From Spizellomyces punctatus DAOM BR117 (lineage: Eukaryota): a stretch of DNA of 64,000 nt. The DNA lies in NCBI GenBank assembly GCA_000182565.2, contig KQ257457.1; one strand, 5' to 3'. Positions 1 through 10,800 of this stretch are shown in pieces. The position numbers were made by a program, and so were the translations under genes. The first letter of the stretch is position 1. The number at the start of each line of letters is the position of its first letter. The notes beneath the pieces were generated by a model. The model was not told the origin of the DNA. It did not search any database and was given only the letters and a program-made list of their open reading frames with translations.

Positions 1-129
1 AGACATGTGGGTACAAATACCCCATCAATCGTTAACTTTCAATAGCAGTAACGTCAGTTCTGAGTGACTACATTACATTGACTTTCAAAGCAGTATGTTC
101 CCTTTCTAATCTAAAATCCATCCTGGTCG

Positions 130-1400
130 TATTGAACGTCGTTCGCACCCTAATCAGTTGCATCAGCAACCCACAACTTTTCGTTGTCAAACCTCGCATG
201 TCTAGAATCATGTCTAGAATGACTCTAGTACCAGAATCTCCCCCTCAGTGTTGCCTATGCGACCCTGACGACGAGGGAGCGCCAATATTTGTCTGTCCAT
301 CCGGCCCCTTCCAACTAGGTAAATATTGCTTTGAGAAATTCAGGTTCAAAAAGCAAGTGCTCGATATTCTACCGGGCTAAAATGAGAAAAAATCTGTAGA
401 ACAATTGGACTAGAGTATCCTCGACATGTAACCACTTGCGAACAGGTTTCAAAGCCATCGAGTCCAGCCTTACTGAATGGCAGCCTTGAATCCGATCCCC
501 GGGCAAACATAAAAAAACAGCCTTACTGAGCATACAGGATTCAAAGTTTGTGGTATTCGCGATTAGAAAGGAGATGAGGATACCCATCAACTACATAAAA
601 GATGGTGGAATACATCAAAATCATTTTGACGAGGAAAACTGGTCATGGCCTCTTTGACCTCTTCGATGTTCTAGAAGTACGTAGTGTGAGATTGTGGACC
701 ATGTTTGGCACTCTTCAGGACACTCTCATTAGTCTGGACTGGGTTGTCGAAGGTGATGACGCCAAGTGGTCATGTTGTGCCATATTGATGGCATTCATAT
801 TGGAAAGACCAGCACATGCAACAAGCCATAATTGTCAGATATAATAATAAATTCGGGAAATCCTCTTGGAGAACCCGATCTAGGTAAATAATTTCGCTAG
901 TTGAATTTGTTTTGGGAGGAAATCTCACAGACTATATTATCAAAGGCAGATATCCTTCTTTCGATGCTGCTATCAAGCTCATAGTCTGGATGCCCTCTAT
1001 GTGCAGGATTTACTAGATATCCTAGTCGCTTCTTGCTGTAGACGCCGATGAACAGGCACCAACCGAACCATAACCCAAAATCCCCTTCCATCTGTTGACG
1101 TCGGTATATTGGGCACCACAAAACTAGCCATTATTTCCCTATGGATTTTGCATATTCTACTGAACTGAACAAATGGACAAATCACAAATTAATTAAAAAA
1201 GGTCCACACATTTCGTCGATATAAAGCCTCCTTTACGCCTAGATGCCATTGTGTCGCACCTTGCCGTCCTCAATGTGGATCAAGAGATGCTTCCGTCGTC
1301 TATCATCAGTGATGACCACAGAACCTTTATTGCTCCTGATATGATGGAACGAGTATACATGAAAGTAACTGGATTTTCCCAAAAAGATCCCGCCAAGCTA
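130..1400 (-). mobile_element. Highly degenerate Ty3/Gypsy-type LTR-retrotransposon pol relic (RT-RNase H)
   Basis: Minus-strand fragments across shifting frames follow Gypsy RT/RNH motif order: ASFVVP..TDGRGFWVMV (~WASPVVLVPKKDG.RMCVD), LHIEGI (~LPRIEDI), GLFQYE..PST..RLM (~GLFEY..MPFG..APSTFQRLM), Y.DGILI (~YLDDILI), KPVRKW..LVQLFYRFF (~AVRDWP..LGL.NFYRRFI), ADATD*G (~TDASD.G). Many stops and frameshifts; boundaries approximate; no LTRs recognised. Confidence 0.55.
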
Positions 1401-1749
1401 CTAGTAATAGGTGGGGGGATGGCCCTTGTAAATATGACGAAACCTGTTTCTGTTCCAGCCGTCCTTTGATGCCTAGCATTCGCCATCCTGCCAATCGCTC
1501 TTTATTTCTCGCTATCTTTTACTCCCTTAATCCATAGACTATATTTACTTGATTGCAAAGTACAACCTTGGGAGAAAGGGTACAGAGCGCCCGATACTGC
1601 AGCCATTTGCGGATACTCGTGATGGACAGTGTGGAGGTATAGGACGACGCTGTGGGTTGACAAGAATATTGGGCGATTGCAAAAAATCGCAGGGAGACTA
1701 TAGATGATATTCATCCTCGTAAAACTCTGAGGCTCTGTCACTGTAACGA

Positions 1750-1822
1750 GGGCCTATGGCCCAATGGATAAGGCGCCTGACTACGGATCAGGAGATTCCA
1801 GGTTCGAATCCTGGTAGGCTCG
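1750..1822 (+). tRNA. tRNA-Arg(ACG)
   Basis: Acceptor stem GGGCCTA/TAGGCTC plus discriminator G, D-loop CAATGGATAA, anticodon loop CTACGGA, T-loop GGTTCGAATCC. 73 nt, intronless. Confidence 0.97.
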
Positions 1823-1846
1823 TGCATATGCTCCAAAGCGTCCAAA

Positions 1847-1854
1847 TTTTTTTT
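1847..1854 (+). terminator. Pol III oligo-T terminator of the tRNA gene
   Basis: Run of 8 T about 25 nt downstream of the tRNA 3' end. Confidence 0.7.
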
Positions 1855-2461
1855 AATAATCTCTGTTGGGTTCACACTTTTTGCCCGTTTCTGTACTTTG
1901 GTTTTCTGCGAGCCGGCGCATCAGATGGGAACGAAAAGAAAGCCAAGTGTTGTGATGGATGAGTTTTTTCATGGATATGCATATGTGTAGATGCGGATGC
2001 TTCGTAGTTTTATTTCTCAATACATGTAGAGAAGGATTTATTGGCATTGCTACCTATCCAAACTCGTGCGTTTTAGAGAGCGGTTTGAATGATTCTTTTT
2101 GATGAACCTTTGACGAAAAAGTCAATTCAAACATGGCAGTGAATAGGAACAAAACAAGTACGGTAAAGCTATTCAACTTTTTCAACTCTTTGTTTTTGTG
2201 ATTAGAGTTTGCGATGAGATGCAGTGCAGTTAGGGCAGTAACTAGTTGGCTACAACGACAACAAGAGTTTAGAAGTAGTTTACAAGAAAAATTGGAATTC
2301 TGAATTGTAAGAATTGTAAATGGACGGAGAGGAATATACTTGTTAAACTTGATCTGAACGGATAGAGTGTTTTTCTTTTTGTTTCTGCCGGTCATTTTAC
2401 AGAGTGTCGAGTTTCCAAAAATGCTTTTTTTGCAATGAACCTTTGAAATCGACCAAGGTAG

Positions 2462-2481
2462 CCCCCCCCCCCCCCCCCCCC
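2462..2481. repeat. Poly-C homopolymer (20 nt)
   Basis: Seen directly. Confidence 0.9.
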
Positions 2482-3934
2482 TCATCCGCCATCCCATCCA
2501 AACCCTATTTGATATCCTTATTTAATAATTAGAAAAAGGATATCCCTTAATCTCTCCGTTGGTCAACAGTTTAAAGTTTACCTATCCAACAAAACCGAAT
2601 CTGCGTAATATATTTGGACTGTACGAAAATCCAACCCCTGTCCCAACCTGCTTAAAAAGACTTTCGTACTTTTTGCCCATACATGGTCTCCTATTCAACT
2701 GTACCTATGCATAGCAAAAGGAAAAATAATGACCAAGAAACTTTTGAGAAATAATAATAGAAAAAGACCATTCAGTTTCAAAACTGAGTTGCCTATCACA
2801 TACAGCCTAGATTTGATTATAACCTAGATTCGTAAGACGATACCTTTCATTATTGCAAAAGACTATTTGGGCATTAACAGAGTCGACTAGTGATCACCAA
2901 AACAAAACTACGTTATTCAAAACTGTGCAAACACAAAAAACTTGGGTTTTAAAAAAGTATAGTCTATAAAGAACCAAGAACGGTTTTCCTTCTTCCCTAA
3001 TGCTTCGTGTTTCTTCAAGACTAGACGATTTGCGAATACGGTCAACCAAGAGAAAAAAGTACATGCGGACATCCTCCTTCAGGTAAAGAACAAGACACTG
3101 GTTGACGGACGGCGGGTTCTGCAGTCACTAGAGGGGTAGGAGGCGGGGGCTTCTTTGAATTACATGGCTGTTTATAGAGAGAGAGAATGTGTGAAGGTGA
3201 GTTCCGTCTTTTGTAGGTTTGCCTGGCGCACTAAAATAAACCAAATGTTAATGTTGTTTAAAAGATATTGATCGACCAGGCTGGAATAACAATGAACGAA
3301 CAGTACAACCTGAGGTGACAGTTAGCGATACATAGTTTATTTTTTTTTTTAGAACATGGTGAGTTTAACTCGATCAGAGCAGACATTTTATTTACAACTT
3401 ACAACAACAAGAAAACTCTCGACGTCAAATCGACACCGGATGACTATTTCATCGGAGCATTGGTAGGCATACCCAATGAATAGAATGCAGTCAGCGTCAA
3501 AATACGAACGTAAGTGTACTTGTAAAGACATGTCTGTTTCCACATTTGCAATATAAAGCACAGAACACTCAAATACGCACACAATATAATGGTAAAAAAA
3601 CATGATAATAAAATAAGATACAAGAATTATAAATCAAGAGTCTGTAAAACACCAAAGTAAAACAAGGAAAAAAAAAAAAGAATCATGTCCATGCTCATGT
3701 AAAGCCCCACTACACAAACTATCCATGCAAACGCCCGAAAAGCGAATGATAAAACACACTATTTGGAACAAAAAGTGTCCAAAAAAGAAAAAATTGCCCG
3801 TACCAGCCGGTCAAAAAAGTGAGAAAACACCGTCCCAATTTCCTCCCTCCTACATGGAGCTAAGGGTGTCGCAACAGAAAGTGTCCATTTAAATAATATA
3901 TAGATAAACCCAAATGTTGCCGTGTTCATGTGCA

Positions 3935-5785
3935 TCACTGCTCCGCGTCAAACGCTGGCAACGCATTCGGTGTACCCCGCACCATGCCCACAAACCCGTA
4001 AATATCCGGGCTGCTCATGCTCCTCCGCATCCAGCTGTTGCTCCGTTTGTGTCCGGGCATGGGATTTGGGGCTGGTGAAGAGATATCCGCCGCAGGAGGT
4101 AGAGACGCCATGTCCAGAATGGATGCGGGATGCTGCGAAAAGGTGCTGTATCCATTGAACAGTTCATCTTCGGTGATGGTCGTCAATTGGAGTTGTTCGA
4201 GCGAGTTTGTGGTAGAATTGAGGAGCTCATGGTCCAGGTTGAGCGGAGTAGAAAGAGTCAATTGGGTTTGCTGCTGGGTCTCCCATGTTGGGTGAGAGTA
4301 GGACGGGTTGGACAGCATGTCGGCCGGTGCGTCGGTAGACGTTACATACTCATCCATATGGAGCGGCTGGCAAAGAGTCGGAGCAGATTGGTTCGGATCG
4401 CTTTGAGCTTGTCCGTTAAAGTACTCGTTGGAATCACCAGGGAGAACAGACTGGATCAACGGCGGTGATTGTTGTTGCTGTTGTTGGATGTGGAGGAGAT
4501 GAAGGTCCAAAGCGCCAGGGTTTACGGCATCTTGCATGATGGTGCCCTCATGAATGTCTGATAGAGGAGATCCTGGAATTCTTCCTTCGCCATTTGGGTA
4601 TATGACGCGACCGGAAGGTACCTGCTCAAACACAGAGTGTCTTCTGCTCACCATCCGCGAAGGAAAGTACGGATGATGTGCATGCTTGACAGACGGACTC
4701 GATGTTCGAGGGGCGGCAAAGTAGGTTGTTTGCAGAGCCGGGGACGCATTTGGAGTTCGTAGTAAACTGGGACGGCGGGTAAAGGATGGAGAGGGCGGAT
4801 TGGAAAACGTGGGACTGGGCGGTATGGGAGGAACGTCCGTGATGCAGTCACCGCAGTCGATCGAGTTGTGGCGTGACATCATGTGCGGGAGCGGTAGCGA
4901 CACATGAGAGGAAGCTGGCGACGGATATCCCGGAGTCGCGGTGTCGGGATGATGAATATTTGGTAGGGAATTGTGTCGGGCAAGGTTGGGATTAGCAGCC
5001 ACGTTTTGCGGGCCAAGGTATCCGTTGTTGCTCGTCGTACGGAGCCGTTGCACTGACCGCGGCGCCTTTGTGCTGAGTGGGCTGCTAGCAACGATCGCAG
5101 CCTGCGAAGCCGGATCGTCGGATTCATCGTGCAGAGGGGCGTCGTTTGTTGGCGCCAGTTCCATTTTGACGGAAGCATCATCCGCGCTGTTCAAGACAGC
5201 AGAGGATAGAGGCGGGCTCTGCAAGAATGCAGTGCGTTCAAGCAAGCCAGCGGCCGAACCTCGCTTTTGGTCCAACTTCATCTTTGCACGACGATTCTGA
5301 AACCAAACCTGGACAGCCCTGCTTGTCATTCCAAGCTTTTCTGCAAGGGCCGTACGCACAGCGGCGCTTGGCATGGGATCCTGAGCAAACGCCTGTTGCA
5401 AAACGTTGAGCTGAGTCGTTGATGTCCGCACTCGTTTCTTTTTGGGCATTGTCTCTTCCCTAATGATTTGCTCTTTGACAGACTCGACAGTTGCATTAAT
5501 GAAGCGCATGCCGCCGCCTTCTTCAGCACCAGACTCGGGTGACGTGCTCTGAGGACGAACGATGCCTTCACGCCCATCCATATAGTATGCTACGCCATGG
5601 AGGGCCGGGTCCATTCCATACTCTGTCACCGCCGATAGAGGTGAGAGGAGATTGGGCGAGAGGGGCGATTGCACTGGCGAGTAAGCAACAGGAGCACTCA
5701 TGGGACCTGGCCCTTGGTTGACATTGTATGCAGGCAGGGCCAGGGTCATGGCGGGCCTATGGCGGCGCTCGTGGAGGTAGGCCAT
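3935..5785 (-). CDS. Homeodomain transcription factor (intronless)
   Basis: KKKRVRTSTTQLNVLQQAFAQDPMPSAAVRTALAEKLGMTSRAVQVWFQNRRAKMK, with helix-3 WFQNRR (Q50). Flanks are long S/P/Q-rich low-complexity sequence. First ATG at 5785. Confidence 0.93.
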   Translation of the reverse strand: MAYLHERRHRPAMTLALPAYNVNQGPGPMSAPVAYSPVQSPLSPNLLSPLSAVTEYGMDPALHGVAYYMDGREGIVRPQSTSPESGAEEGGGMRFINATVESVKEQIIREETMPKKKRVRTSTTQLNVLQQAFAQDPMPSAAVRTALAEKLGMTSRAVQVWFQNRRAKMKLDQKRGSAAGLLERTAFLQSPPLSSAVLNSADDASVKMELAPTNDAPLHDESDDPASQAAIVASSPLSTKAPRSVQRLRTTSNNGYLGPQNVAANPNLARHNSLPNIHHPDTATPGYPSPASSHVSLPLPHMMSRHNSIDCGDCITDVPPIPPSPTFSNPPSPSFTRRPSLLRTPNASPALQTTYFAAPRTSSPSVKHAHHPYFPSRMVSRRHSVFEQVPSGRVIYPNGEGRIPGSPLSDIHEGTIMQDAVNPGALDLHLLHIQQQQQQSPPLIQSVLPGDSNEYFNGQAQSDPNQSAPTLCQPLHMDEYVTSTDAPADMLSNPSYSHPTWETQQQTQLTLSTPLNLDHELLNSTTNSLEQLQLTTITEDELFNGYSTFSQHPASILDMASLPPAADISSPAPNPMPGHKRSNSWMRRSMSSPDIYGFVGMVRGTPNALPAFDAEQ

Positions 5786-5874
5786 GGTTTTTGTGTGTAT
5801 CAATAATCCACCACTACGGGAAATGAAAGCAGCCTAGGGACCGTTGATAATGCAAAGAGAAATGTTGCGTTTTG

Positions 5875-5912
5875 CGTGCGTGTAGCGTGTGTGTGTGTGT
5901 GTGCGTGCGTAC
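5875..5912. repeat. (GT)n/(GCGT)n microsatellite upstream of the homeobox CDS
   Basis: gcgtgcgtgtagcgtgtgtgtgtgtgtgtgcgtgcgt seen directly. Confidence 0.8.
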
Positions 5913-7816
5913 ACAATGCGTGCTTTTCCTGGAGGCGTTCCTTGATGCGTGAAGAAAACAAAAAAACCCAATCTCGAAAAAGGGGAGCCCAGCAGTGCAA
6001 AACGGCGGGAGGGGACGGCAAGCGGCGGCAGCGTGTGTGAGTGTGCAAAAGCGACCAGCGCTAAAAAAAATTGAACAAGCCGTGAACAAGACTAGGATGA
6101 AAAGGACGATGCGTGCGGGGGTTGATGCTGTGACGACGACAAACGACAAACGACGAACGACGACGACAAGAAAACGAGGGGGAAGGAGGCAGAAAGCTGT
6201 TCTAAAATAAAAAACAGGCGGAAACGACGACGAAAAAGACGCAAGGCGAGCCGTGGCTAAAGGTTGCACTTTACATTGCATTCCATTCCATTGTGTGATT
6301 CGAGTCATAGTACTGCAAGTGTAGAATGGTGTGAATGCATGAGTACCATTAGAATGCAATAGAATGCAATGTGATGAAACCTCTGCAGCCAAAATCTACA
6401 ACAAAAGAGCCAAATTTGAATGTCCATCAAATCACAAGACGAGACAAAAAAAAGTTGGAAATCTGTTCAACTTGCCGTTTGCGTTAAAATGTTTTTTTTT
6501 CACTTTTGGACAGAGCTTTGGGGGTAAGATATGAGCATTTGGGATATTTGAGATATGCGAATATAATGCATGGAATGGATATGCGAATGGAATTAATGTT
6601 GATGTGTCGTATGGCTGCCATATGGGCTGCCATATGGATGTCGTATTGCGTATTATATGGATTAATGTTATTCTTCTTGGTGATGGTCTCATCCGCATCA
6701 AAGGGCGGTTGTAATTGGTTGGATAGACTGTTTGTAGTCGTTTCTGAATCTGTCGATACGTTCAACCCATTTTGACCACTCGCTCCGTCTCTCTGCATCC
6801 TCTCCAATGGCATTACTCGCTATTGCATGCACCATTTGCAATGCATCATGTCTTTTATCGCATATTTCATCCATATTTTTTTGCATCCAAAATATCCCTT
6901 TTTATTATTCCCTCCTTGTTTTTGCCGTGTGGATGAGCGGCGCGGCAAGGCTTGTCGCTGAGGAGGTTTTGGGCGCACAAAACGGAACTTTTCCCTCCCC
7001 CCAGCCGGGCCACAGGCGGGGCCACAGGCTGCCACGTGTTTATCAATACTCACGTGGATCTGCTTACGCAAAAGCGGAGGTTTGGTTCTTTTGAACAAGG
7101 CTCCGCAGATATCCCGCGGGACAGGTTTTTAACAAGGTTAACACTCGTCAAAGGCATCCTTTGTTCCTTGGAAATCTTTTGTTGAGAACGGTTTGGGACG
7201 AGGTCCAACGTTCAATTGGCTGCACCTTTCCAGAAATGAAAAGTCATCCTTTTTTTCCTTGCTCATCCGCAGAGGAAAAATAAACAAAAACATACATGAC
7301 AACAAAATGTCACCTAGAATAGATGTCCGATCATCATAAAATCCAATGGCTCAATTCCAAGAATAGAAACATCGAGTCATCAACTACCAACACGATCCAT
7401 CTGTCGCGACTATAAATACGCGCAACAACGCGTTCATAATAAACAATAGCGATCGCTTAGAAGGGGGCTTTCCAGATGGCACATCCAATCGCCTTTCTTC
7501 GTTTACCCAAACAATGAGCGTCCAGACAAACATCCTATTGGTCAGAATGGTTAGAAACGCAACGAAACCCGCAAGCAGACGAGGCCCAACAATGCGACGA
7601 AAATAACAACAATTATGTTTTTGCCACTCTTGTTTTTCTGCTTGGCCCCTCCCATGACAATAGACCTATATAAGCTCTTGGCCCACCATCCCTGTCCCTC
7701 TTTTGGTTTCGCGCTCGTGTTGTTTCGTAAGTTTTACGGGGAATAACCTTCTATAGAGAGAGAGAGAGAGAAAGCCCAATACCCCATACCATACCGGGCT
7801 GTTCTTTAACGCAAAA

Positions 7817-10800
7817 ATGCCGTCCTTCCGCACTGGCTGGGGGTTGGCCCTCACCGCCCTCCTAGCCCTTCAAACAGTAACAACCACAGTCAATGCCGCT
7901 AGTACTACTTCCACCAAGGCTGCCGCCACGACCACTGCCGCCGCCTCTGGCTGTACCACCCGTGAGGTGCAGCGATATACCTCGACCGACTTTCTCTTTT
8001 TGATCGATGCTAGTGGTTCCATGTGTCCCTACATTGACCAAATCACGGGTCGCATGCAAAGCTTTGTGACTGCTCTTAAAAACAAAAACGTTACCGACGC
8101 ACGGTTTGCCGTTGCAGCTTTTGGTGATCAGCCTATCCTGTTGCAACCTTTTACGGTATGTTATCTAGTCTGATGTTTTTGAGAATACGCTGCATCAAAT
8201 TGCTCACTCTTCTTGTTTTCAACTGACAGTCTGATACCGCCGCAACAACAGCCACGCTGGGCAACATTGGTTGTAAGCGTGGTGGTCAGGAAGCCAGTTT
8301 CGAAGCGTTGCGTATGGCGTTTGCTGGCAACGATGGTGCAGACTTTTTGTCGGGATGTGCATCCGGTACAACATGCAAACTGACCTGGCGATCCGGCGTG
8401 ACCAAATCCGTCATCATGGCTACGGACGAAGACAGTGACCTTCCGACTCTGGCCAAATACCGGATGACGGGCCAGTCAAGCTCCAACTCGCTTTGTGCTA
8501 ACGGATACTGGTGGTACATGTGCGGTGCTCAATTTGAGCCCAACTTTAGTCCCAAGAGTTTCTGGACTCGGTACAGTCAGTACTACCGTACATCGAACGC
8601 TTCAATCACCATGGAAGACACATACCAGGCTGAAATTGATGCAACTGCCGACCTCCTTCTCGCGAACCAGGTCCAGCTGAACGTGCTGATAAAGTCTGAT
8701 GCCAACGCCAACACTCAGGGATCCATGTCCAGCTACGACAGCAACAGCTTGTACTACACCGAGAACAACAAAAAGGACTTTGACCCCCTTCACACCCACA
8801 CGACCATCATGCAATTCGGTCACCCCGACCTGAACATTCAAAACAAAACTACTTTCCAAAACTTTGACCAACAAGCTACCTACGCTTCCCTCGTTGCAAA
8901 CGGAATGCGCCAGACGCTTCAGGCTCAGATTTTGGAAGGGAACGGTATGATGCGATTGTACAAGCTCCAAGATATCATTGACCCTATCTTGGGGAACAAG
9001 GTTACGGACAGTTTCTTCCAGGCTACAGTAGACATGGTTCAATATTGTCCTCCTGTTGTGTCGGTCATTCCTAGTACTACTTCCAGTGTCAGCACGTCGA
9101 CTTCAGTTGTCCCTGTGGCTACCACCACGACCACGAAGGTGCCTACAACTACCACTACGACAACGACCACAAAGGTGCCCACTACTACCACGACAACGAC
9201 CACAGTTGCTACCACTACTACTACTACGACCAAGGTTCCTACCACGACCACTACTACGACAACGGTCCCAACGACTACTACGACAACCAAGGTTCCTACC
9301 ACGACCACTACTACGACAACGGTCCCAACGACTACTACGACAACCAAGGTTCCTACCACGACCACTACTACGACAACGGTCCCAACGACTACTACGACAA
9401 CCAAGGTTCCTACCACGACCACTACTACGACAACGGTCCCAACGACTACTACGACAACCAAGGTTCCTACCACGACCACTACTACGACAACGGTCCCAAC
9501 GACTACTACGACAACCAAGGTTCCTACCACGACCACTACCACAACAACGGTTCCTACCACAACAACGACTACTACTACAACAACGGTTCCTACCATGACA
9601 ACCACCACTACAACAACGGTTCCCACAACAACTACAACGACGACCACAGTAGAAACCACTACAACGGTGCCCACAACAACAACTACTACTACCACTACAG
9701 TAGAGCCCACCACAACTGTTGAGACCACCACAACGACTCTGGAGACAACAACAACCACAACAACCGTTCCAGAAACGACAACCACAACCACAACAGTTGA
9801 GGAAACGACCACTACGACCACTGTGGAGGAGACTACCACTACTACTACTACCGTTGAGCCCACTACAACCGTCGAGGAAACTACCACGACTACTACTGTT
9901 GAGCCCACTACCACTGTTGAAGAGACTACCACTACTACAACAGTTGAGGAGACCACTACTACAGTTGAACCTACCACGACCGTTGAGGAGACCACTACTA
10001 CCACTACAGTTGAACCCACCACAACCGTTGAAGAGACCACCACAACAACCACTGTGGAGGAGACAACTACTACTACCGTTGAGCCAACCACAACCGTAGC
10101 TGAGACCACAACTGTTGAACCTACAACGACTGTCGAAGAGACCACCACTACCACAGTTGAGCCAACAACAACCGTGGAGGATACTACCACTACTGTCGAG
10201 GAGACCACGACGAAACGGTTGAACCTACTACAACTGTCGAGGAGACACTACCACATCGTTGAACCTACACCACTGAGAAGAGACCACTACTACAACGTTG
10301 AGGAGACACTACACAGTGTGAACCTACTACAACCGTTGAGGAGACGCTACACGACTGTTGAACCTACGACATCGTCGAATAGACTACCACACTACGTGCG
10401 AGGCTGACAACACTGTCGANNNNNNNNNNNNNNNNNNNNNNNNNNNNNNNNNNNNNNNNNNNNNNNNNNNNNNNNNNNNNNNNNNNNNNNNNNNNNNNNN
10501 NNNNNNNNNNNNNNNNNNNNNNNNNNNNNNNNNNNNNNNNNNNNNNNNNNNNNNNNNNNNNNNNNNNNNNTGTTGAGCCAACCACACACGGTGAAGAAAC
10601 TACCACCAACTGTTGAGCCCCCCACAAACGTTGGAGAGACTACCACCACAGTAGAGCCTACTACGACCGTTGAGGAGACAACCACCACAACCGTTGAGCC
10701 AACAACAACAGTTGAAGAGACCACCACTACAACAGTCGAGGAGACCACAACCGTTGAGCCAACAACAACAGTCGAGGAGACCACCACCACAGTCGAACCC

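Noticed and set aside
1756-1962. 68-aa ORF MAQWIRRLTTDQEIPGSNPG
   Set aside because: Spurious translation of the tRNA-Arg gene.
2054-3603. Short ORFs in the AT-rich region between the tRNA and the homeobox 3' end
   Set aside because: Low-complexity, no motifs and no coherent splice structure; treated as intergenic or 3' UTR.
9229-9540. Regular repeats as a possible CRISPR array
   Set aside because: Contiguous coding units with no unique spacers, no cas genes, eukaryotic context.
10210-10630. Apparent frameshifts and a stop (10407) in the receptor gene, suggesting a pseudogene
   Set aside because: Indels are confined to the edges of the N-gap, typical of low-quality read ends. The frame is clean elsewhere. 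Not provable without long reads.
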